64,000 nt of DNA. It comes from an uncultured Gammaproteobacteria bacterium (lineage in GTDB: Bacteria > Pseudomonadota > Gammaproteobacteria > Nevskiales > Nevskiaceae). Numbering within the stretch: the first letter of the stretch is position 1; each line of letters starts with the position of its first letter. The translations under genes and the position numbers were made by a program. The stretch lies in assembly GCA_963807375.1 (NCBI GenBank), contig CAWEBP010000002.1, positions 265,856 through 329,855 on the forward strand. The letters run 5' to 3'. Below are positions 22,595-34,652 of the stretch, one piece after another. Below the pieces are notes generated by a model that saw nothing but the letters and a program-made list of their open reading frames with translations, was not told where the DNA came from and did not search any database.

Positions 22595-24340
22595 GCCGTC
22601 TGGCTTTCCGGCATCGGCGTCTCGCGCGGCATCGCCATCGGCCGTGTGCAGCGGATGCACGGCGGCGACCTCGAGGTGCCGGAATACACGCATCACGACA
22701 CGCGAAGTCGACGCCGAAATCGCGCGCTTCCACGACGCCCAGCGTCGCGCCAAGCGAGCAGCTGCGCGACGTGCGCGCGCAGATTCCCGCCGGCACGCCC
22801 GGCGAGATCGCCGCGTTCATCGACACGCACCTGCTGATGCTCGACGACCGCTCGATCACCGAGGCCACGGTCAGCCACATCCGCAAGCACGGCATCAACG
22901 CCGAGGCCGCCCTGAAGCGCTCGCGCGAGGCGCTGATCGCGGTGTTCGACAAGATGGAGGACGCCTACCTGCGCACGCGCAAGGACGATGTCGAGCACGT
23001 CTGCGGCCGCATCCTGCGCGTGCCTGCTGAAGAACGAACCAATCAGCAGACCAGAAGTTCGATGCCGGCGGCGAGCCCACCGTGGTGATTGTCGGACGAC
23101 ATCACGCCGGCCGACATCATCCTGCTGTCGCAGCAGTCGGTGGTCGCCTTCGTCACCGAGTACGGTGGCCCGCTGTCGCACACCGCGATCCTTGCGCGCA
23201 GCCTCGGCATCCCCGCCGTCGTCGGCCTGCACAACGCGCGCAGGCTGTTGCGCGAAGGGCGAAACGCTGATCGTGGATGGCGAGCTCGGCCAGTGCTCGC
23301 CGACCCCGACGAAAAAGCGCTGACGTTTTTCCGTGAGCAAGCAGGAACGCCAGGCCCAGGGACGGCGCGAGCTGTCCAAGCTCAAGGACAAGCTGGCGGT
23401 CTCGCGCGACGGCGTGAAGATCACGCTGCTCGCCAACATCGAGCTGCCCGAAGACGCGCGCGAAGCCGAGCCAAGGTCGGCGCCGAAGGCGTGGGCCTGT
23501 TACCGCACCGAATTCCTTTACATGAATCGCAAGGGCCTGCCGACCGAAGACGAGCAGTACGAGGCGTACGCGCGCGTCGTGCGCGCGGTCAAGGGCCGCA
23601 TCACCATCCGCACGCTGGATCTGGGCGCCGACAAGCAGGTGGACAGCGGCCGCGTCTCAGGGCCCGACACCGAACAACCCCGCGCTGGGCTTGCGCGCGA
23701 TCCGCCTGTGCCTCAGGGAGCCGGAACTGTTCCGCGCCCAGGTGCGCGCGCTGTTGCGCGCGAGCGCCGCACGGCCAGGTCCAGATCATGTTGCCGATGA
23801 TTTCCAGCCTCCAGGAATTCCGCCAGGCGCAGCAATTGATCGAATCGGCCGAGGCGGAGTTGAAGCGCGAAGGCAGCCAAAACCGGCACGCCGGAAATCG
23901 GCGCGATGATTGAAGTGCCGGCGGCGGCGTTGTCCGCCGTGCTGGATCGCCCGCCATGCCAAGTTCTTTTCGATCGGCACCAACGATTTGATCCAGTACA
24001 CGCTGGCGATCGACCGCGTCGACGACGAGGTCAACTATCTGTACGACCCGCTGCACCCGGCGGTGCTGCGCCTGATCCGCATGACCATCGAAGCCGGCGA
24101 AGCAGGCCAAGATCGCGGTGGCGATGTGCGGCGAGATGGCCGGCGACATGCGCTATACGCGGCTGCTTGCTGGGTCTTGGCCTGACCGAATTCTCGATGC
24201 ACCCGGCGAATGTGCTCGAGGTCAAGCGCCAGATCATCGAGTCGGATATCGGCGCGCTGCGCCGACGCGTGGACGACCTTCTGAGCAGCGTCGACGGCCA
24301 GGCGCTGCGCAGCGGCATTGAAGCGCTGGCGGATATTTAA
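22591..24340 (+). pseudogene. ptsI: phosphoenolpyruvate-protein phosphotransferase (PTS enzyme I), multiple frameshifts
   Basis: EI segments are scattered over ORFs 22548-23030, 22591-23088, 23089-23913, 23333-23800, 23906-24340 and 23910-24185. Examples: [82 protein letters not shown]. Confidence 0.85.
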
Positions 24341-25629
24341 CCGGCGAGCGCGGTCAGCAACTTCTGGTGGATGCCGCCGAAGTCGCCGTTGCTCATCACC
24401 AGCACGCGGTCGCCATTTTTTGCGGCGGCAGAGATGCCAGCGATCAGCGCCGGCAATTCGGTGCACACCGTCAAGCGCGCGCCGAGTGAGCCGAGTGCGC
24501 CGTTCGCGTCCCACTTGAGATCGGGACGCGCATAAACGAAGCAGTGATCGGCACCGACCAGGCTATGCGCGACTTCCTGCGCATGACGGCCCAGGCGCAT
24601 GGTGTTGGAGCGCGGTTCCAGCACGGCCAGAATGCGGCCACCCCCTTGCCCTTTAAGGGCCGCGATGCTGGCGGCGATGGCGGTGGGATGGTGGGCAAAA
24701 TCGTCGTAGACCGTAACGCCCTTCGCCTCGCCGGATTTTTCCAACCGGCGGCGCACGTTGCGGAAGGTTTTTAGCGCCCCTGCGGCAGCGTCGGGTCCGA
24801 CGCCGACGTGCGCGGCCGCCGCCAGTGCCGCCAGTGCATTGGCTCGGTTGTGTTCGCCCGGCAGCGAGGGCGCCTCGAATTGTTTCGTGCTGTCAGCCTC
24901 GGTATTGAAATACTCGATCTGGCTCCAGCAGCCCTGCGCCAGCACGCGCGCAAGGTTGGCGTCCTGGCGGTTGACGATCAGTTGCCCGGATTTGGGCACG
25001 GTGCGCACCAGGTGGTGGAACTGGCGCTCGATGCTGGCCAGGTCGGGAAAAATATCGGCGTGGTCGTACTCGAGGTTGTTGAGCACGCAGGTGCGCGGGT
25101 GGTAATGCACAAACTTGCTGCGCTTGTCGAAAAATGCGGTGTCGTATTCGTCGGCCTCGACCACAAAATACTTGCCGCCGCCGAGCCGTGCGGATACACC
25201 GAAGTTCAGCGGCACGCCACCGATCAGGAATCCCGGATTCAGTCCGGCCTGGTCGAGCAGCCACGCCAGCAAGCTCGAGGTCGTGGTCTTGCCGTGCGTG
25301 CCGGCGACCGCGAGCACGTGGCGGTCTTGCAGGATGTTTTCGCTCAGCCACTGTGGGCCTGAGATATACGGCAGCCCGGCATCCAGCACGTATTCGACGG
25401 CCGCGTTGCCGCGGCTGAGGGCATTGCCGATGACCACCCTGTCCGGAGCCGGCTTGAGATGCGCCGGGTCGTAGCCGCTCATCACATCAATGCCCAGCTC
25501 GCGCAACTGCGTGGACATCGGTGGCCAGGCCGCGGCGTCGGAGCCGGTGACTTTGTGGCCGGCCTCGCGCGCCAGTGCGGCGATGCCCGCCATGAAGGTG
25601 CCACAAATCCCCAGGATATGGATGTGCAT
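24337..25629 (-). CDS. mpl: UDP-N-acetylmuramate:L-alanyl-gamma-D-glutamyl-meso-diaminopimelate ligase
   Basis: 430 aa. MHIHILGICGTFMAGIAALAREAGHKVTGSD..PPMSTQL, AVAGTHGKTTTSS. Confidence 0.9.
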   Translation of the reverse strand: MHIHILGICGTFMAGIAALAREAGHKVTGSDAAAWPPMSTQLRELGIDVMSGYDPAHLKPAPDRVVIGNALSRGNAAVEYVLDAGLPYISGPQWLSENILQDRHVLAVAGTHGKTTTSSLLAWLLDQAGLNPGFLIGGVPLNFGVSARLGGGKYFVVEADEYDTAFFDKRSKFVHYHPRTCVLNNLEYDHADIFPDLASIERQFHHLVRTVPKSGQLIVNRQDANLARVLAQGCWSQIEYFNTEADSTKQFEAPSLPGEHNRANALAALAAAAHVGVGPDAAAGALKTFRNVRRRLEKSGEAKGVTVYDDFAHHPTAIAASIAALKGQGGGRILAVLEPRSNTMRLGRHAQEVAHSLVGADHCFVYARPDLKWDANGALGSLGARLTVCTELPALIAGISAAAKNGDRVLVMSNGDFGGIHQKLLTALAG

Positions 25630-26178
25630 CTACGCGACGAGTCCGCCCGCCAGCGCTGCGAACGCCGTCACGAACAGCGCGCCCATCACGGCGGTGAGTA
25701 CCGAAAGCCCGGGGCCGATATTCAGCGCATTGCGAAAGATGTGCGCGGACACCGCCAGATTCCACAGCGACAGCAGCGCCGCCATCAGGGTGGGCACGGC
25801 CGGCACCTGGAGTTTTCCGATCAGGTCTGGATCCGCGGCGATCTGCTTGACGGTGGGCGCCAATATCGCCACCGCCGGCAGCAACAGCAACGTCAACACG
25901 ATGCCGGTGGCCAGCAAGGCGCTGAAGGTCTGCTGGAAACGCGCGGTCAATGCACGCAAACGCAGCAGCTGGTAGGTGAAAAAGGCGAGTGCCGCGACTG
26001 CGGCCAGCGCTTGCGCCAGCGACACTGCGGGGGGCAGCGTGAAGCGGTATTCAAGGTACGTCACCAGGATCGCCAGCGGCGGCAGCGCCTGCATCAGCGG
26101 CAATGAGAAGGGAAAGTCCTGCGGCCCGGCTTTGAAGCCAAGAATCCGCAGGGTCATCGTCGCTGCTTGCGCGAACAT
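25630..26178 (-). CDS. hypothetical polytopic inner-membrane protein
   Basis: 182-aa ORF with about five hydrophobic segments, abutting the mpl start. No motif recognised. Confidence 0.5.
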   Translation of the reverse strand: MFAQAATMTLRILGFKAGPQDFPFSLPLMQALPPLAILVTYLEYRFTLPPAVSLAQALAAVAALAFFTYQLLRLRALTARFQQTFSALLATGIVLTLLLLPAVAILAPTVKQIAADPDLIGKLQVPAVPTLMAALLSLWNLAVSAHIFRNALNIGPGLSVLTAVMGALFVTAFAALAGGLVA

Positions 26179-26190
26179 GGGATAAGGCGA

Positions 26191-27312
26191 ATGGGAAGAG
26201 CGGCTATTCTAGTCGGCGTGACCAACTCTTTCATTTATGTGCAGGACGATTCCACGCTGGCGGAGCACCTGCAACGCTGGCGCAGCCGCGAGTGGCTGGC
26301 GCTGGATACCGAGTTTCTGCGCGAGGACACTTATTTTCCGAAACTTGCGCTGATTCAGGTCAGTGACGGAGGCGTGCCGGTGCTGGTGGATGTGCAGGCG
26401 CTCGACATGGCGCCGCTGGCCGCGCTGCTGCGCGAACCGAAAATCCTCAAGGTGTTCCACTCGGCGTCGCAGGACCTTGAGGTGCTGACGACGCTGATGG
26501 GCGAATGCCCGGCGCCGCTGTTTGATACCCAGGTCGCCGCCGCGATGCTCGGCGAAGCGGCGCAGATGGGTTATGCCGCACTGGTGGAAAAGCGCCTGGG
26601 AGTGAAGCTCGGCAAGGAGTTCACCCGGCTGGACTGGACGCGGCGCCCCCTGCCCGAAGGGGCGCTGCATTACGCGGCCGACGACGTGCGCCATCTGGCC
26701 GTGCTGTATCCGCAACTGCGTGCCGAACTGGTCCAGCAGGGGCGGCTGGACTGGCTGAGCGAGGACTGCGCCCGGCAGGCACAGACCGCGCGCTACGTGG
26801 CGAATCCGCACACGGTCTGGCATCGGCTCAAGGGCATGTCGCGACTTGCGCCCGCGGCGCAACACCGCGCGGCGCGGCTGGCCGGCTGGCGCGAAAAAAC
26901 CGCCATCGAACGCAATCGGCCGCGACGCTGGATTGCCGAAGACGAACTTTTGCTGACGCTCGCCAGCCGCTGCCCGCAAAACCGGGCTGAACTCGAGACG
27001 CTGCATCCGACGCCCAAACAGCTGGACCGTTACGCCGAGGTATGGCTCGAGCTACTGGCGCAGCCGGTCATTGAGCCCGTGGCGCTCAAACAAGAAACCC
27101 TGTGGACGCCCGAGCAGAAAAGCCTGATCGCCCACCTGAGCGCCAGCGTGCAGGCCAAGGCGCAAGCGCTGGGCATTGCCGCCCCTCTGCTCGGCACTCG
27201 CAACGACGTTGAAACGCTGGTGCGCAATGAGCCGAGCGCGCTCACGCAGGGCTGGCGGCGCCACGCGATTGGTGCCGAACTGCTTACTTCAGCGCTGCCA
27301 CAATCCGGCTGA
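26191..27312 (+). CDS. rnd: ribonuclease D
   Basis: DEDD exonuclease motifs LALDTEFLRE, KVFHSASQDLEV, YAADDV, then HRDC-like C-terminus. The start is uncertain (longest ORF 26167, ATG 26191, GTG 26218). Confidence 0.85.
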   Translation: MGRAAILVGVTNSFIYVQDDSTLAEHLQRWRSREWLALDTEFLREDTYFPKLALIQVSDGGVPVLVDVQALDMAPLAALLREPKILKVFHSASQDLEVLTTLMGECPAPLFDTQVAAAMLGEAAQMGYAALVEKRLGVKLGKEFTRLDWTRRPLPEGALHYAADDVRHLAVLYPQLRAELVQQGRLDWLSEDCARQAQTARYVANPHTVWHRLKGMSRLAPAAQHRAARLAGWREKTAIERNRPRRWIAEDELLLTLASRCPQNRAELETLHPTPKQLDRYAEVWLELLAQPVIEPVALKQETLWTPEQKSLIAHLSASVQAKAQALGIAAPLLGTRNDVETLVRNEPSALTQGWRRHAIGAELLTSALPQSG

Positions 27313-27832
27313 ATATTTCGTCCAGGGATCCGTCGCCCTTGATCGTCACGCGCTTGCCCTGCTTGCCGTAGTAATCCAACAGCGGCTGGGTTTGCGCCGA
27401 ATACACCGTCAACCGGTTGCGGATCACCGCTTCGTTGTCGTCGGCGCGGCCACGGCTCAGCATGCGCTTGAGGATTTCCTCGTTGGGCACGTCCAGGTGT
27501 ACGACCTTCTGCAGCGGCTTGTGCATTTTTCCCAGCAGCGCGTCCAGCGCCTCGGCCTGGACGATCGAACGCGGAAATCCGTCGAAGATGAATCCGTTCT
27601 GGGTGTCCGGTTGGGCAAGGCGTTCGGCCGCCATGCCGATGACGATCTCGTCCGCGACCAATTCCCCCGCATCCATCGCGGACTTGGCCTTTTTGCCCAG
27701 CGGTGTGCCGGCCGCCACCGCCGCGCGCAATAGGTCGCCGGTGGAAATCTTGGGAATCTTGAAGTGGGCCACGAGCTTTTCGCCCTGCGTGCCCTTGCCG
27801 GAGCCGGGCGCGCCGACCAGTACCAATCTCAT
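27284..27832 (-). CDS. adk: adenylate kinase (short, lid-less form)
   Basis: 182 aa. MRLVLVGAPGSGKGTQ, ISTGDLLR, GFIFDGFPR. Confidence 0.95.
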   Translation of the reverse strand: MRLVLVGAPGSGKGTQGEKLVAHFKIPKISTGDLLRAAVAAGTPLGKKAKSAMDAGELVADEIVIGMAAERLAQPDTQNGFIFDGFPRSIVQAEALDALLGKMHKPLQKVVHLDVPNEEILKRMLSRGRADDNEAVIRNRLTVYSAQTQPLLDYYGKQGKRVTIKGDGSLDEIFSRIVAALK

Positions 27833-27896
27833 TTGGAAAATCCCCTGCGCTGGTTTTTTTAGGTGGCGGAACCTTACCCGATAGATGTAATTGAAG

Positions 27897-28019
27897 CCAC
27901 CCGCTTGACTATACTTTCGGCCTTAAAACGGCCTTCGCGCTAAATCAGTGGTACTAAAAGTGTACCACCCGATTTTCGCTGCTGGCTTAAATCGGCCCAA
28001 AAGGGCTCAAGGCGGGTGG
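27897..28019. repeat. 123-bp intergenic element, copy C
   Basis: CCACCCGCTTGA ... GTGGTAC-TAAAAGT-GTACCACC ... TCAAGGCGGGTGG. In the adk/phosphofructokinase divergent spacer, ending 9 nt before the ATG at 28029. Confidence 0.85.
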
Positions 28020-28028
28020 ACACTCTCA

Positions 28029-29294
28029 ATGGCAAAAAATGCGTTTTATGCTCAGTCCGGCGGCGTCACCGCCGTCATCAACGCCTCGGCGCAGGGCGTG
28101 ATCGAAACCGCGCGCCAGCATCCGGACAAGATCGGCAAGGTCTACGCCGGCCGCAACGGCATTATCGGCGCGCTGACCGAGGACCTGATCGACACCAGCC
28201 ACGAATCCGCCGACAACATCGCCGCGCTGCGCCACACGCCGGCCGGGCGCTTTCGGTTCTTGCCGCTACAAGCTCAAGGGCTTCGACAAGAACCAGGCCG
28301 AGTACGAGCGCCTGATCGAGGTGTTCAAGGCACACGACATCGGCTATTTCTTTTACAACGGCGGCGGCGATTCGGCCGACACCTGCCTCAAGGTCTCGCA
28401 GCTCGGCGAAAAGATGGGCTATCCGATCCAGGCGATCCATGTGCCCAAGACCATGGACAACGACCTGCCGCTCACCGACACCTGCCCCGGCTTCGGCTCG
28501 GTGGCCAAATACACGGCGGTGTCGATCCGCGAGGCGGGCTTCGATCTGGCCTCGATGGCCAAGACCTCGACCAAGGTGTTCATCCTCGAGGTCATGGGCC
28601 GCCATGCCGGCTGGACCGCCGCCGCCGGCGGACTCGCCGCCGAAAAAGATGGCGATGGACCGCAGGTCATCCTGTTCCCGGAAATCGTGTTCGACGAGGC
28701 GAAGTTCCTGGCCAAGGTGGATGCCACCGTGAAGAAGGTCGGCTGGTGCACCATCGTCGCCAGCGAGGGCCTGCACGCGCCGTCCGGCGAATTCCTGTCG
28801 CGAGGCCGGCGGCAAGGATGCCTTCGGTCATGCCCAACTCGGCGGCCTCGCACCGCTGCTGGCGAAACTGCTCAAGGACAAACTGGGGCTGAAATACCAC
28901 TGGGCGGTCGCGGACTACCTGATGCGCGCCGCGCGCCACATCGCCAGCAAGACCGATCTCGACCAGTCCTACGCCGTCGGCAAGACACGCGGTGGAGCTG
29001 GCACTCGCGGGCAAGTCCGGCGTCATGGCCAGCATCGTGCGCAAGTCCGACGCGCCCTACGTCTGGGACGTCGGCGAAGCACCGCTGGACCAGGTCGCCA
29101 ATGTCGAAAAGAAAATGCCGCGCGATTTCATCACCGAGGACGGCTTTCACATCACCGACAAGTGTCGCCGCTACCTCTCGCCGCTGATCCAGGGCGAAGA
29201 ACCGCCGCCTTACGTCAACGGCCTGCCGCGTTACGTCACGTTGAAGAACGTTCCGGTGCCGAAGAAATGTCCGGCGTTTGAGCTCAAGAAGTAG
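28029..29294 (+). pseudogene. 6-phosphofructokinase of the ~420-aa Xanthomonas/methanotroph type (PPi-dependent in characterised members), frameshifted about 28250-29000
   Basis: MAKNAFYAQSGGVTAVINAS.., YFFYNGGGDSADT, IHVPKTMDNDLPLTDTCPGFGS, ILEVMGRHAGW, ..LPRYVTLKNVPVPKK, spread over ORFs 27948-28892, 28321-29187 and 28992-29294. Confidence 0.8.
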
Positions 29295-30495
29295 GCTTTC
29301 GAGCCGCTTCGATATTCACGTCGACGGCGATCTTTCGCGAAACGTACTGCGCGTTGGCGTCGGATTCCATACCGAGGTCGGCCTCAGCACGGTCCACTTC
29401 AAATCGGCCGCTGAGGGTCATGCGATCGCCTTCCAGGTTCAGCGACAGCGCCACTGGCAGGTCATGACCTTTGAGGGTCAGTACGCCCTCCACGATTTTG
29501 GGCGTGATTCGCGTGCTGCGAAAACTCGCTGTCGGGTGTTGCTCCACATCGAACCATTCCTTCTGTGGCAACGATTCGTCGTGCAGCGGCACTCCATCTT
29601 GGGCGGACGCGGTCTCGAACGTGCCGCCGATGTGCGAGCCCGCGAGATTGGCGGGATCAAAACGGATATCGGCCTGCCAGCGGCTGAAACTGCCGCGAAA
29701 CGCGACCCCGGCGTGCGTGCCAGAAAAGTGCACGGAGCTTTTTGCGGCGTCCACGGCCCAGTTGCTTGCCGGCGAACTGGTGATGGCAAACGGCGCAACC
29801 CTCTGCGTGGGGGCCGCCAGTAGCAGCCATAAGACCAGCGCGAACACGCTAGCGCCGAGCGCGGTGCCGGCGAAAGGCCGCATGCGCATCAGGACATCGT
29901 CGCGCTCGACAAAGTGATGCTTGAGCGCAGCGGCGACATGCAGCCCCAGCAATGCGGCCATGCTCCAGGCCAGCCATTCGTGCACTTCTTCAAAAACTTC
30001 TGCGTACGCCTGTCGCATGTCATTGGCCATTGCGCTCAAACCCAACAGGTGCGGCACTTCAAACAGACCGAACCATAGCGTTGGAACATTCAGCGGCGTG
30101 TCGTCGCGCCATTGGGTGGAGACATACAACCAGCCGCTGAACGGAACCGCGATCATCAGCGTATAGAGCGCCCAGTGCGACACGCGCGCCGCGGTTTTCT
30201 CCCACGCAGGCATCTGCACGGGCAGTGGCGGCGGCGCATGGAGCACGCGCCAGCCCAGCCGCGCCAGGCTCAGAAAAAGTATCGTCAGGCCCAGCGACTT
30301 GTGCAGTTGATAAGCCGCAATCGCGCGGGCCTGAGTTTGGGCGGCGTCTATCGCCTCATGCATCCACCAGCCGAGGGCAAGATTGGTGAGGATCGCCGCC
30401 GCAATCGACCAGTGCAGGGCAACGGCGACGGCGGTGTAATGCGCGCCGCTATTTTTGATGGAACTCGCCTTCGAAGCGGATAGTGATGTCGTCAC
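29284..30495 (-). CDS. cytochrome b561 (YceJ-like) fused to a C-terminal YceI-like domain
   Basis: The N-terminal half has four TM helices with AVALHWSIAA and HKSLG haem-ligand contexts. The C-terminal half WAVDAAKSSVHFSGTHAGVAFRGSF..WFDVEQHPTASF..LTLKG is YceI-like. Confidence 0.8.
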   Translation of the reverse strand: MTTSLSASKASSIKNSGAHYTAVAVALHWSIAAAILTNLALGWWMHEAIDAAQTQARAIAAYQLHKSLGLTILFLSLARLGWRVLHAPPPLPVQMPAWEKTAARVSHWALYTLMIAVPFSGWLYVSTQWRDDTPLNVPTLWFGLFEVPHLLGLSAMANDMRQAYAEVFEEVHEWLAWSMAALLGLHVAAALKHHFVERDDVLMRMRPFAGTALGASVFALVLWLLLAAPTQRVAPFAITSSPASNWAVDAAKSSVHFSGTHAGVAFRGSFSRWQADIRFDPANLAGSHIGGTFETASAQDGVPLHDESLPQKEWFDVEQHPTASFRSTRITPKIVEGVLTLKGHDLPVALSLNLEGDRMTLSGRFEVDRAEADLGMESDANAQYVSRKIAVDVNIEAARKPTS

Positions 30496-31114
30496 CGAGC
30501 ATCTTGAGGTGTTCGGTCATGCCGAATTCCGATCGCTTCAGGGTTGTGGTTGCCGAAAACCCGACAACGCCCTTCTGCGTAAACGGGTGAGCGGCCATCG
30601 AGCCGACGACGTGGCCGTCCAGCGTCACCGGCAGCGTTTTTCCGAGAAAGGTCAGATCGCCTCCGACCCTGATCTTGCCGGGCGCGGGCTGCCCGACGCT
30701 TTTAGAGACGAAAGTGATGGTGTCGTAGGTGCCGGCATTGAAATACTTGGCGTCGCGCGCCAGCGCTTCATCAAAGGTTTTATAGGGCGTGCCTTTGTGC
30801 GTGGCAACGTAGTCGCCGGAAAAATCCGTGCGCACCGATGCCGGATCGATCGTCGCGGTCAGGCTGGAGTTGGCGAGGTTGGCCGGGTCCAGCGTGAGCG
30901 TGGCCTGATAGCGGGTGAAGCGCGCGATGTAATTCGACAACCCGAGATGGCTGATCGAAAAGCTGATGCTCGAGTGGTAAGGGTCGAGTTCGTAGGTTCC
31001 GGCAGGTGCGGTAATGCTCACGGCGGAGGGCGCAGAGGGGGCGTCGGCGGGGGGCGTGCTCTTGGAGCAGGCGGTCAGACCCAGGAGGGTCAGGGCAAGT
31101 AACAGGTTTTTCAC
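30449..31114 (-). CDS. YceI-family periplasmic lipoprotein
   Basis: Lipobox LLGLTA-C. YELDPYHSSISFSISHLGLSNYIARF.., LTFLGKTLPVTL. Confidence 0.8.
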   Translation of the reverse strand: MKNLLLALTLLGLTACSKSTPPADAPSAPSAVSITAPAGTYELDPYHSSISFSISHLGLSNYIARFTRYQATLTLDPANLANSSLTATIDPASVRTDFSGDYVATHKGTPYKTFDEALARDAKYFNAGTYDTITFVSKSVGQPAPGKIRVGGDLTFLGKTLPVTLDGHVVGSMAAHPFTQKGVVGFSATTTLKRSEFGMTEHLKMLGDDITIRFEGEFHQK

Positions 31115-31255
31115 GGGCTAAGGACTCCTTTTGGCTTGTTTAACGGTAGTTTCAATAGGCAACGATAGCAGCTAAAATCCGCGCGCCGCGACGGCCCTGG
31201 TAGGGCCGAAACGCACCAAATCAAGATCAAAATTATCACTCCATAGGGGAAATAC

Positions 31256-33288
<2,033 letters not shown>

Positions 33289-33303
33289 GTCGTACGTTTC
33301 AAC

Positions 33304-33336
33304 AAAAAGGCCCCGTTTCGGGGCCTTTTTTGTTTC
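33304..33336 (+). terminator. rho-independent terminator after hppA
   Basis: aaaaaGGCCCCG-ttt-CGGGGCC followed by TTTTTTGTTT. Confidence 0.8.
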
Positions 33337-33462
33337 TACGCCCGGAACGCACTGGAATACCGGGCTAAAAATCCGGGTTACACTCACCGCATAAGCTGGC
33401 AGCAATGAGGTGACTGTAAACCTCGTGCGATTCGGCAAAAAAAAGTCCTGGGAAGAGCGTCC

Positions 33463-34611
33463 TTGTCCAAGCAAAGAGCCGTGGCGTTGACTCGCCGTTT
33501 TGCGGTCGTTGCCGTGTCGTGCGCGCTATTACTTAGTGGCTGCTTTGAGGATGGTCGCCCCTCCTTACCAATTCCGGGTCCGGACCCGACTCCGAACCCC
33601 GATCCAGCTCCGATACCTGCAAGGCCGCAGTTCGAAACAGCACTGGACGTGGTTGAGGCCGCCACCTTCGTCACGGGCGCTTTGGATGTAATTACCGGCG
33701 GCGCGCCGGCATCGACAAAGTCGGTGGCAACCAAGTCGAAGTCCGGAAGCTTGCCGTCTGTGTCCAGTAAAGCCGGCGAAGCCACCGCTTGCGGCATGGG
33801 CGGGCAGATAAGTGCAAGTGATCAATTCACCAGCACACCCCAATCGCCTTACTACCAACGCCCGTTTACCGCGAATCAAGTTCAGTTTGATGACTGTCAG
33901 ATGCGCGCCCAGGCCGAATCCACGGGCACCCTTTACAAATTCACCCGTACGGGCACCTTCGAAGAAGGCAACTCGCCCAATGACGAGGCCTCAAAAACCA
34001 ACCAGGCCACCTCCCGCGCCTCGTATCTTTCCAACGCCACCCCCGACCAGATAACGATTCAAACCATCGGCGTCACGCCACAGCGTACGCTGCATAAAGT
34101 CACCCGCAGTTTCATCGAACATTCTCAGCAACCGCCCGTTTTCAAGATCGGTCGGGGGTCCAGCGAAAGCCAAAGGGTCTCAACAACCTATTACGAATCC
34201 AGTGTGGATGGCAATGCGGCGGCCACCAAGCGTGGCGCTGTTCAGGTCGGCACGACAGCGCAGCCTTTCATTTATTCGGACAACGCCTATTACGGACTGC
34301 GTCTGCACGGCGGCATGTCCATGGTTCTGCCCGACCGCCCGCAGTGCGCGCAGGGCCCGATCCTGGTGGAGACCCCGGTTCCGATTTCGTACAGCGATCT
34401 TTTTAGCGAGAAACTGCAAAAAGGCACTCTGCGCCTGACGCTGGACAAAGTCGTGGCCGAAGTGGAACTGCTGCCCGATGGCGGCCAGCGCATTCATTTA
34501 AATGGCGTGACCACCGACGTCTCGGCTGCGCAGGTCAAAAGCATCAGCACCGACTGCGGCTTCTGGCTGGAGCCTGATTTCCTGGTCTGTGACGACGCAT
34601 GCACCCTATAA
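33463..34611 (+). CDS. hypothetical lipoprotein, no recognisable domain
   Basis: 382-aa ORF (TTG start, GTG alternative at 33481). Lipobox LLLSG-C followed by a Pro-rich linker PIPGPDPTPNPDPAPIP. More A/T-rich than the flanking genes. Confidence 0.6.
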   Translation: MSKQRAVALTRRFAVVAVSCALLLSGCFEDGRPSLPIPGPDPTPNPDPAPIPARPQFETALDVVEAATFVTGALDVITGGAPASTKSVATKSKSGSLPSVSSKAGEATACGMGGQISASDQFTSTPQSPYYQRPFTANQVQFDDCQMRAQAESTGTLYKFTRTGTFEEGNSPNDEASKTNQATSRASYLSNATPDQITIQTIGVTPQRTLHKVTRSFIEHSQQPPVFKIGRGSSESQRVSTTYYESSVDGNAAATKRGAVQVGTTAQPFIYSDNAYYGLRLHGGMSMVLPDRPQCAQGPILVETPVPISYSDLFSEKLQKGTLRLTLDKVVAEVELLPDGGQRIHLNGVTTDVSAAQVKSISTDCGFWLEPDFLVCDDACTL

Positions 34612-34652
34612 CCGGCGCAATGCACGCAAGGGCGCGCATTCGAATCAAGCGG

